A DNA stretch of 23,531 nt from Silvanigrellaceae bacterium (GTDB lineage Bacteria; Bdellovibrionota_B; Oligoflexia; Silvanigrellales; Silvanigrellaceae), in contig JBMSQQ010000055.1 of NCBI GenBank assembly GCA_049423385.1, forward strand, positions 1 through 23,531, read 5' to 3'. The notes under the pieces were generated by a model that worked only from the letters and a program-made list of their open reading frames with translations, had not been told where the DNA came from and searched no databases. The position numbers and the translations under genes were made by a program. Positions 1-7,437 of the stretch are shown one piece after another; the stretch's first letter is position 1, and each line of letters starts with the position of its first letter.

Positions 1-915
1 GGACAACAGATCACCTCGCTCCCGGCGCAAAAGCGCGACCTCAACCTTGTTTTTCAAAACTATGCGCTTTTTCCCCACATGGACGTTTTCGAGAACGTCG
101 CATTCGGGATGCGGATGCAAAAGCTGTCGGAAAGTGAAGTCAAATCCCGGGCCGGAATCGCACTTGAACAGGTTCGCATGTCGGCGTTCGCATCGCGCAG
201 AATCACCGAGCTTTCCGGAGGACAGCAACAGCGTATTGCTCTTGCCCGTGCCATTGCACCAAGACCAAGACTCGTGCTTCTCGACGAACCGCTGGGAGCG
301 CTCGATTTGCAACTCCGGAAGCAGATGCAGGTTGAACTCAAATCACTGCAACGGCAGTTGGGCATGACCTTTGTTTACGTGACGCATGACCAGGAAGAAG
401 CGTTTGCCATGTCGGATCGGATTGCAATCCTGAACCAGGGGGTTCTGCAACAGGTCGCCGTGCCAGAAGTGCTTTATCGTGAGCCCGCAAGCCGGTTTGT
501 GGCCCAGTTCATTGGAACCGCGAACTTCATAAAAGCCAAGACCATTTCTCCCACTCTGGCGCGCTGTATATCGAGCGGTGCCGAATTCGTGATTCGACCA
601 ATTCCGGAAGCCACAGCGCCCCAGAACCTTGAAAAGAAAACACATGTGACGGGAGAAATTCTTGTCAGGCCAGAGCAATTCAGTGTCACAAGAGCTCCCG
701 ATGCGCCACAGGATTTGTTGCTGGGACAGGTGATGATGCGCCAATACCTCGGTCCACAGGTTCGCTATCATCTGCAAATGCAGGAAGACTCTTCGACCCT
801 CCTGACGGTCGATATTCCAACTGCGGGGCACACACCGCTCGAAACCGGAATGGAAGTTGCGCTGAATGTGCACGGAATAGACCTGCCCTTTTACGCAGAA
901 AGCACGCAAGGATGA
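1..915 (+). CDS. potA: Spermidine/putrescine ABC transporter ATP-binding subunit (5'-truncated by window)
   Basis: Frame is open from base 1 (GQQITSLPAQKRDLNLVFQNYALFPHM...). It has the Q-loop VFQNYALFPH, signature LSGGQQQRIALARA, Walker B LVLLDEPLGALD, H-loop YVTHDQEEA and a C-terminal TOBE-like region. Walker A lies upstream of the window. Followed by two permeases and a binding protein. Confidence 0.93.
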   Translation, partial: GQQITSLPAQKRDLNLVFQNYALFPHMDVFENVAFGMRMQKLSESEVKSRAGIALEQVRMSAFASRRITELSGGQQQRIALARAIAPRPRLVLLDEPLGALDLQLRKQMQVELKSLQRQLGMTFVYVTHDQEEAFAMSDRIAILNQGVLQQVAVPEVLYREPASRFVAQFIGTANFIKAKTISPTLARCISSGAEFVIRPIPEATAPQNLEKKTHVTGEILVRPEQFSVTRAPDAPQDLLLGQVMMRQYLGPQVRYHLQMQEDSSTLLTVDIPTAGHTPLETGMEVALNVHGIDLPFYAESTQG

Positions 916-1766
916 AGTGGTCTGGACTTCCGGCAAAAATCTGGATGTTCCTCTTCGTCCTGATGCCCTTTTTGTGGCTTGTCGCTTTGAGTCTTCAGGA
1001 AAGTTCCCATTCCGCTGATGGAATGGAATGGGGTTTCAGGCATTTCGAACGGGCTCTGACTGCGCCTTTTTCGGGAATCATTTATTCGAGCGTTGGTTTT
1101 TCGTTCATGGCTTCCCTGGCCGTGCTGCTGATTGCAGTCCCGGCAACATGGCATGTTGCCAGGCTTCCCCGAGAGCGCAGGAAAATCTGGCTTGCCTTGC
1201 TCTCAATACCTCTTGGACTTAATTTTGTTGTCAGGATTTATGCGTGGTTTGTTCTGGTCAGACCTGAAGGAATGCTCACCCGATTCCTCGATGTTGTTGG
1301 CTTTGGAATGCCTTTGGCCAGTACCCAGGAAGGGGTTTTCATCAGTCTCGTCTATGGCTATTTACCCTTCATGTTTCTCCCGCTCTACTCGGTTTTCGAG
1401 CGTTTCGACAGCACGCAACTTGATGCTGCCATCGATTTGGGAGCATCGACATGGCAGCGCTGGTGGCATATTGTTCTTCCCGAAATCCTGCCTGGCATCG
1501 TCGCAAGTTTTGTCTTCGTTTTCGTTCCGATGCTCGGGGAATACCTCATCCCGAAAATGATTGGCGGTGGGCTTGTTGCCACACTTGGCACCCAGATTGA
1601 AAGCCAATTCCTGGGCAGCATACGGCCCAACTGGCCATTTGGAGCAGCACTGAGTCTGTGTCTGCTCATCTGCGCCGTGGGTGTTCTTGCCATCGCTCTC
1701 AGGATACTTTCGCGCAGCAGCAATGGAGGACAGGGAACCTCATGGTCTCTTTTCCAGGCACGCTGA
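912..1766 (+). CDS. potB: Polyamine ABC transporter permease (PotB-like)
   Basis: Multi-TM protein with the PotB-type 'NFVVRIYAW' and 'YGYLPFMFLPLY' segments and an EAA loop (LDAAIDLGAS). Start overlaps the potA stop (ATGA). Confidence 0.9.
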   Translation: MKWSGLPAKIWMFLFVLMPFLWLVALSLQESSHSADGMEWGFRHFERALTAPFSGIIYSSVGFSFMASLAVLLIAVPATWHVARLPRERRKIWLALLSIPLGLNFVVRIYAWFVLVRPEGMLTRFLDVVGFGMPLASTQEGVFISLVYGYLPFMFLPLYSVFERFDSTQLDAAIDLGASTWQRWWHIVLPEILPGIVASFVFVFVPMLGEYLIPKMIGGGLVATLGTQIESQFLGSIRPNWPFGAALSLCLLICAVGVLAIALRILSRSSNGGQGTSWSLFQAR

Positions 1767-2593
1767 AAAAACACGCACTTCGAATCTGGTGTGTTCTCAT
1801 CATTCTTGCACTCTACTTTCCGGTCTTTTGCCTTTTTGTATACGGTTTCAATGGCGGGACTCTTGCACTGCGCTGGGAGGGTTTTTCATTCCGATGGTAC
1901 GCCAGCACACTGACCAGCAGCGACATGATTTCAGCTTTGTTCAACAGCCTGATGGTTGCGTCTTTGAGCACCGTGATCGCCGTTTCGCTCGCATTCCTCT
2001 ACGCGTGGTGGGCACACAGAAGTGCCAACTTGCGCATCGCACGCGCTGCCGATTCTCTTGTCAGTCTTCCACTTTTCATACCTGAAATCGTCATTGCCAT
2101 TGGCTTGTTGGTCTTGCTGGTGAGGTTCATCAAACCTGGAATGACGGGTTTGGGTTGGTCGCTGGACTCGCTCCAGTCGATTGTGATCGGCCACGCCACC
2201 CTTGCCATGGGTTACGCCGCACTTGTGCTCAGAACACGCTTTAAAAGCTATGATGTTGTGCAGGAGTTTGCGGCCCGTGATTTGGGCGCAAACGGATGGA
2301 ATATTTTCACCCGCATCATGCTTCCACAGATTGCCCCGGGTCTGGCAGCGGCGGCATGTATTTCATTTGCAGTCTCACTGGATGATTTCTATGTGAGCTA
2401 CTTTTTATCCACAGGTGGCAGCTCCCTCAAAACCCTGCCCCTTTATATCTGGTCTCTTCAGGGGCGCAGAGCGATGACACCAGAAATCAACGTGGTATCA
2501 TCATTCCTGCTTGTACTTGCACTCGTGTTTTTCGGGCTTGGACTCTACCTCAGCCGAAGCGAACGCGAGAAACACGACGCTGTGAAAGGATGA
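1742..2593 (+). CDS. potC: Polyamine ABC transporter permease (PotC-like)
   Basis: Contains 'WEGFSFRWY', 'PEIVIAIGLL', EAA loop 'EFAARDLGA', 'SLDDF' and 'TPEINVVS'. Start placed at ATG 1742 (GGAGG/AGGGA upstream) rather than the ORF-track start at 1658. Confidence 0.9.
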   Translation: MVSFPGTLKKHALRIWCVLIILALYFPVFCLFVYGFNGGTLALRWEGFSFRWYASTLTSSDMISALFNSLMVASLSTVIAVSLAFLYAWWAHRSANLRIARAADSLVSLPLFIPEIVIAIGLLVLLVRFIKPGMTGLGWSLDSLQSIVIGHATLAMGYAALVLRTRFKSYDVVQEFAARDLGANGWNIFTRIMLPQIAPGLAAAACISFAVSLDDFYVSYFLSTGGSSLKTLPLYIWSLQGRRAMTPEINVVSSFLLVLALVFFGLGLYLSRSEREKHDAVKG

Positions 2594-2597
2594 ATTC

Positions 2598-3707
2598 ATG
2601 AAAAAATTATTAATCTCAGGTACTGCCATTCTTGCGGTTTCGGGGCTTGTTTACGGACTTGGCCGCATGAAACAAGCCACCAACAACGGTGGCAAAACGC
2701 TGCATATCTACGTATGGACGGATTACATCGACAAGGACGTGATCAAGGAATTTGAGGCAAAGTACAACGTCAAGGTGGTCGAGGAAAACTTCCCTTCAAA
2801 TGAAGTGATGATTTCAAAGTTGAAAGCAGGCGGTGGAGGCTTCGACCTGATCGTTCCATCCGACTACATGATTTCGAGCATGGTGCAGGACAACCTCCTC
2901 CTCAAGCTTCCCAAGGACAAGATTCCAAACCTGGCAAACCTTGGCGAGCGCTTCCAGAAGGTCGACTATGACCCATCCCTTGAATACACGGTGCCCTACA
3001 TGTGGGGAACAACCGGCATTGCCTACAACTCAAAGGTGGTGAGCAATCCGCCAAAATCCTGGAAGCAGTTCTTTGATTCTTCGGTTGTCCAGTCTGCGGG
3101 CAAGAGAATCAGCCTTCTCGATGATCCTCGCGAAGTGATCGGCGCAGCCTTGAAGGCAAACGGTTTGTCGCTCAATTCCACCGTTACCGATGAATTGAAT
3201 CAGGCCAAACGCAAGATTTTGGAACTGAAACCACTCATCAGCAGATTCGACACCATGAGCTACAAGGATCTTTTGGCCTCGGGAGATCTGTGGATCGCGC
3301 AGGCCTACAGTGGGGACGTTGTCAAGATGCAGGCAACCAATCCCGAACTCAAGTACGTGATTCCGGAAGACGGAGCGACGTTGTGGGTCGACAACCTGGC
3401 CATTCCCAAGGACGCGCCAAATCCCGAAGTCGCAGCAGATTTCATTAATTTCGTCATGATTCCGGAAGTCAACAAAAAGATTGCCATGTCGATTCATTAC
3501 GCAACCACAAACGAGCCGGCCCGCAAGTTGTTGCCCGAAACCGAGCTGAACAACACGTCGATCTACCCGAGCAAGGATGTTGAGGCTCGACTCGAGTTGT
3601 TCAAGGATCTGGGCACTGCAGCAGAGAGCATCGACACTGCGTGGGCTGAAATCAGGGCCGAAACCGACACAGTGAAACCCGAATCGCCATCCGCCCAACG
3701 AGAGTGA
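2598..3707 (+). CDS. potD: Spermidine/putrescine ABC transporter substrate-binding protein
   Basis: N-terminal hydrophobic signal/anchor, plus PotD/PotF motifs 'LHIYVWTDYID', 'FDLIVPSDY', 'YTVPYMWGTTGIAYN', 'IPEDGATLWVDNLAIPKDAPN'. Confidence 0.92.
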   Translation: MKKLLISGTAILAVSGLVYGLGRMKQATNNGGKTLHIYVWTDYIDKDVIKEFEAKYNVKVVEENFPSNEVMISKLKAGGGGFDLIVPSDYMISSMVQDNLLLKLPKDKIPNLANLGERFQKVDYDPSLEYTVPYMWGTTGIAYNSKVVSNPPKSWKQFFDSSVVQSAGKRISLLDDPREVIGAALKANGLSLNSTVTDELNQAKRKILELKPLISRFDTMSYKDLLASGDLWIAQAYSGDVVKMQATNPELKYVIPEDGATLWVDNLAIPKDAPNPEVAADFINFVMIPEVNKKIAMSIHYATTNEPARKLLPETELNNTSIYPSKDVEARLELFKDLGTAAESIDTAWAEIRAETDTVKPESPSAQRE

Positions 3708-3758
3708 ATCAGAATTGACTCTCTGTTCAACGCGCAAACTCAAGGGAATGAGTGAACG

Positions 3759-5102
3759 ATGAGAACGCTTCTGAACGACCTCTTGAACAAGCCCCGCGAG
3801 AAGCAGGTTGTCGTTAATCTGGAACAGTGGTTCAAGCCCATGACTTCGATGGCTCGACACCTTTCCCAGATCTCGCCCAACATGAACTTTGAGGCTGTCT
3901 CCCGCCACGCTGCGGATGCCATTTGCCAGGCGCTTGCCCCATTGCAACCGATGGCAGCCCATTTTCATATCGATGTCAGTGTTTCACATCTTTGGCTTCC
4001 GGACCCAACCTTCAAACTTGACTCATTCTTTCGATTGCAAAATCGGATCGTGATGCCCAGTCAGACCCGGCCGGTGGAAACATCGCGTGACGACCTGTTC
4101 AAAACACACGTCATTGTTCCCTTCGAACTGCACAAACACGCGATAGAAATCCTCGTCTATCACAAGGAAGATGCCCAATTGGCCCCAACCGTCCAACAAA
4201 CGGTTGAAGTCATCAGCGAAACCTACAGTCACGTCTTGACCCAGGCTCTGCTCATGCGAGAGGAGCATCTCCTGAACAAGGAACAATGGGAAAAGCAGTC
4301 TGAAAAACAAATCGGCAGTCGCCTCGGTGGTGCCATCTACCAGGTCCAATCGCCTTTTCTGTTCGCTCAATCGCTCCGCGGCTTCAGCCTCACCAGCAGC
4401 CAGGATGCAAGTGAACACATTTTTCTCTCGCAAAACACATCGCTGGACTTGCTGAGGTTCATCTTGTTCAAAAAAGGGCGAAATGTGGATGGCGAATCGT
4501 CCACTTCAAGGTCGATCGCTTTTGTTTCCGCCCTGGCAGCACAATTGAGATTTTTTGAACACACATCTTCGTTGACTTCCTTTCAGGATTTTCTCAAGTT
4601 TTTTTCGCAATGCATCGACAGCTTGTCACATCTGCTGACTCACGAAGATGAGTTGTCGTTTTCAGTAGGTGAATTGTCCCAAAAACAGGGAATAGCCAAG
4701 TGGCACAATGCCGGGTTTCCGTCTCCGATTGTCTTTGGCGACTCAACGGATTCAATCAAACTCCCCACAACGACCGTGCAAAAGCCATTCAATTTATCGA
4801 GCACCTACGATTGGAGTCGCATCAATCAAGCCTCGCTGCCTGCAGGCAATGGACTTTTTTTCGTCACTGAAAATATCTTCAGGCGCCTTGGAGAATTGAA
4901 TTTGTCTTCAAATTCATTCTTTGATCGCATCCGAAATTCGCTGCATGCTGCCAATCTTGTGATTGAAGCTGAACAACTTCTCTCCAGGCCAGACAGCAGC
5001 AGGGTGGTTGCCGCGAGTGTCCCCGAATGGAGCAGCCTTCCATACGACATTTCGATGGTCGCGCTCTTCAACAATGCAACAAGGACTCAGTTGTCCCTTT
5101 AA
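3759..5102 (+). CDS. Hypothetical protein; probable GAF-like + degenerate SpoIIE/PP2C (RsbU-like) phosphatase-fold protein
   Basis: 447-aa ORF. 'WHNAGFPSPIV' resembles the SpoIIE 'Y.NAGH.PP' motif, 'GNGLFFVTENI' resembles 'GD.L.LYTDGL', and 'YDISMVAL' resembles 'DD.T'. The middle region 'VIVPFELHKHAIEILVY' plus a following helix resembles a GAF C-terminus. By-eye similarity only. Confidence 0.5.
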   Translation: MRTLLNDLLNKPREKQVVVNLEQWFKPMTSMARHLSQISPNMNFEAVSRHAADAICQALAPLQPMAAHFHIDVSVSHLWLPDPTFKLDSFFRLQNRIVMPSQTRPVETSRDDLFKTHVIVPFELHKHAIEILVYHKEDAQLAPTVQQTVEVISETYSHVLTQALLMREEHLLNKEQWEKQSEKQIGSRLGGAIYQVQSPFLFAQSLRGFSLTSSQDASEHIFLSQNTSLDLLRFILFKKGRNVDGESSTSRSIAFVSALAAQLRFFEHTSSLTSFQDFLKFFSQCIDSLSHLLTHEDELSFSVGELSQKQGIAKWHNAGFPSPIVFGDSTDSIKLPTTTVQKPFNLSSTYDWSRINQASLPAGNGLFFVTENIFRRLGELNLSSNSFFDRIRNSLHAANLVIEAEQLLSRPDSSRVVAASVPEWSSLPYDISMVALFNNATRTQLSL

Positions 5103-5104
5103 TA

Positions 5105-5962
5105 TCAGAGCGGAATGTCAAAACAGTTGGATTCGCTGGAGCAAGCCCGGGCTCCAGGGCACTTCATGGTTGCCGTGTCATACTTCTCTTTGTAATCGAC
5201 GATCATTTTGGGCTTGCGACACTCATTTAAACTGCGTGGCAAACCAGCCATCCCCGGTGCAATCTTGAAATGGACCGTCGAATATTCATCGCAGAGATGG
5301 CGTGCCATCAACTCAGCCGATTCTGCCGACGGAGCCTTTGCCAGGAAGCGAACCGAAGTGCCACTCATCCAATTTCCCTTGTACTCGCGTGGTAAAAGCC
5401 TTGACTCATACTGGGCAACAAAATTGCAGTTTTTCTTTTCGCGATCCTGAATCTGAATGGATTGGCGAAGGCCTTGCACCAGGTTCGCAAGACCCGACTG
5501 ACTGGTAATCCTCGGATCTATTTTTGCTCCCGCGATTCCTGACGCTGCAGACGTGCCAAGCAAGGAAGCTTTGACGTGCGTGTTGGACGTCAACTTCGAA
5601 AGTGACGCGAGGTGGGCTACCATGTTTGCTTTGGACCAATTCAATCCAGCTGCGAGGGATTGTACCGAATTGACCACCAGCTGAACGGCAGCCTTTCCGA
5701 GCATGAGCCCACCATCGCAGAAAAAACGAATTTCACCCTCTCGCACGCTGCGGCTGCAGTCCACCGCATAAACGGCGCCGACGGCAACGGCCGCTTCCAT
5801 CGCCACCGAGACGCCATACGAAGCTCCAATTGCGACGGGGACAAACTCAACCTCCGAATCCATTCCAGGTGAATCAGCAGTCGATTTTGCCTTGCAGGAT
5901 GAAATTCCCGTGCTGAGAAAAGCGCAACCCGTGAGAACGGCCAGACGCGAGATGTGTTTCAT
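5105..5962 (-). CDS. Hypothetical Cys-rich lipoprotein
   Basis: Start reassigned to MKHISRLAVLTGCAFLSTGISSC (basic N-region, hydrophobic core, lipobox-like ISSC). Followed by an Ala/Val/Gly-rich hydrophobic segment and 8 further Cys. The ORF-track extension to 6121 runs through AT-rich intergenic DNA. Confidence 0.7.
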   Translation of the reverse strand: MKHISRLAVLTGCAFLSTGISSCKAKSTADSPGMDSEVEFVPVAIGASYGVSVAMEAAVAVGAVYAVDCSRSVREGEIRFFCDGGLMLGKAAVQLVVNSVQSLAAGLNWSKANMVAHLASLSKLTSNTHVKASLLGTSAASGIAGAKIDPRITSQSGLANLVQGLRQSIQIQDREKKNCNFVAQYESRLLPREYKGNWMSGTSVRFLAKAPSAESAELMARHLCDEYSTVHFKIAPGMAGLPRSLNECRKPKMIVDYKEKYDTATMKCPGARACSSESNCFDIPL

Positions 5963-6077
5963 CGTTTTCCCTGCCTGAAGTTCATTTGAACAAACACCCC
6001 TGCCAAATCCTTCTGTGTATCGCCCGACCTCCCACTGAACTTGATGTTTTTTTTCTATTCTTTTTCGATAACCCCAA

Positions 6078-6112
6078 TTTAAGAGGGCTCTAAACTTGGG
6101 AAAACACCCAAG
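6078..6112. promoter_or_regulatory. Inverted repeats in the divergent promoter region (possible operator)
   Basis: Perfect CTTGGG-N6-CCCAAG at 6095-6112, next to imperfect TTTAAGAG-GG-CTCTAAA at 6078-6094, in the AT-rich gap between the lipoprotein gene and sqr. Confidence 0.25.
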
Positions 6113-6206
6113 AATACACAACCAGAGAAAAGCATGAACCGAATTTCCGAGATTAAACTCAAGGGGCGGTGGACAGGATCACGTCCCACGAAACAGGTGA
6201 CAAACC

Positions 6207-7427
6207 ATGAATTTCGACGTCATCGTGATCGGCGGAGGAACCGGTGGGATATGCACAGCAGCCCGCTTGAAGAAGCTTGTTCCACAGCTCAGCATCGGAA
6301 TCGTGGAACCTTCAGGGACACATCACTACCAACCACTTTTCACTCTTTTCGCAACCGGCCATGTCAATGACAAACAGATTCACCGCCCGACAAGCGACAT
6401 CATTCCTGCGGGTTGTCACTGGATTCGAGACAGTGTCGCATCCATCTCGCCCGAAACAAACCAGATCCACTTGAGTGGAGGACAAAGAGCCAATTACAGG
6501 CTCCTGGTCGTTGCACCCGGACTTGTCACGAATTTTGATTCGATCACTGGCCTGAGCTTGGCTCTCAACGACCGTTCCAACCCGACTTGCTCCGTTTACG
6601 ACTTTTCAAACCTGAACAAATGTGCGTCCTTGATTCAAGGATTCATGGGCGGAACCATGATCTTTTCAATGCCATCGACTCCGATCAAATGCCCCAGTGC
6701 ACCACTCAAAATGTTGTTTCTGATAGAAAATGCACTTCGAAGCTCCGGTGCACGCAGTGTGTCGCGTCTCATCTTCATCACCCCCTACTCGACAGTTTTT
6801 GGTGTTGATGGATATCAACAGGCCATTGAGACCCATTTTCGCAAGCGCGGTATAGAGGTCTTGTTCGAACATGAAGTTTCAGCCATCGACTCGAGAAACC
6901 GGGAAGTTCAACTGAAGCCGACAACTGCGTCTGCAGCAGAACGAAACATCAAAATCATTCGCTATGACTTTGCACACATTACACCTGCATCACTTCCACC
7001 CCCATTCATAGCCGAATCGGGGCTGCACCACGCCGATGGTTTTTTCAAGGGATGGCTTGAAGTCAATCCACTCACTCTTCAGCACATGCGCCACCCGAAT
7101 ATTTTTGGACTCGGTGATGTTGCCGGACTGCCCACAATCAAATCCGCGACAGCGGCACGCGCACAATCGGTGGTTGTTGCAGACAACATTCAGTCACTGG
7201 TCAAATCACGCGGCAGTGGACCGCTTCCAAAACAATATAACGGCTATTCCTCATGCCCGATATTCACAGCTTCCGGTGAGGCCATGCAAACAGAAATCGG
7301 CTATGATGGTCGACATCTTCCCACCTTTCCAGGAAACCCGTTTCGCCCCAGCAAAGCCCTCTGGTGGTACAACAAACTTGTTTTGCCCATGCTGTACTGG
7401 AATTTCCTGATTCGCGGCAAATTCTGA
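6207..7427 (+). CDS. sqr: Sulfide:quinone oxidoreductase, type II (eukaryote SQOR-like FAD-dependent oxidoreductase)
   Basis: Rossmann motif VIVIGGGTGG, 'HHYQPLFTL', 'LVVAPGL', first redox Cys in 'PIKCPSAPLK', 'NIFGLGDVAG', second redox Cys in 'YNGYSSCPIFT', and a C-terminal amphipathic 'LPMLYWNFLIRG'. Confidence 0.8.
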   Translation: MNFDVIVIGGGTGGICTAARLKKLVPQLSIGIVEPSGTHHYQPLFTLFATGHVNDKQIHRPTSDIIPAGCHWIRDSVASISPETNQIHLSGGQRANYRLLVVAPGLVTNFDSITGLSLALNDRSNPTCSVYDFSNLNKCASLIQGFMGGTMIFSMPSTPIKCPSAPLKMLFLIENALRSSGARSVSRLIFITPYSTVFGVDGYQQAIETHFRKRGIEVLFEHEVSAIDSRNREVQLKPTTASAAERNIKIIRYDFAHITPASLPPPFIAESGLHHADGFFKGWLEVNPLTLQHMRHPNIFGLGDVAGLPTIKSATAARAQSVVVADNIQSLVKSRGSGPLPKQYNGYSSCPIFTASGEAMQTEIGYDGRHLPTFPGNPFRPSKALWWYNKLVLPMLYWNFLIRGKF

Positions 7428-7437
7428 ATCGTTGGCT

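Noticed and set aside
3030..3968. 312-aa minus-strand ORF
   Set aside because: Antisense shadow of potD and the next gene; no motifs; composition typical of reverse-frame translation.
5988..6006. Sigma-54-like TGGCA element on the minus strand (also TGGCACG at about 14276 on plus)
   Set aside because: No TTGC at the required -12 spacing in either case.
5963..6121. N-terminal extension of the lipoprotein ORF, or a riboswitch-like leader
   Set aside because: Runs through T-tract intergenic DNA; the signal peptide starts at 5962; no riboswitch consensus recognised.
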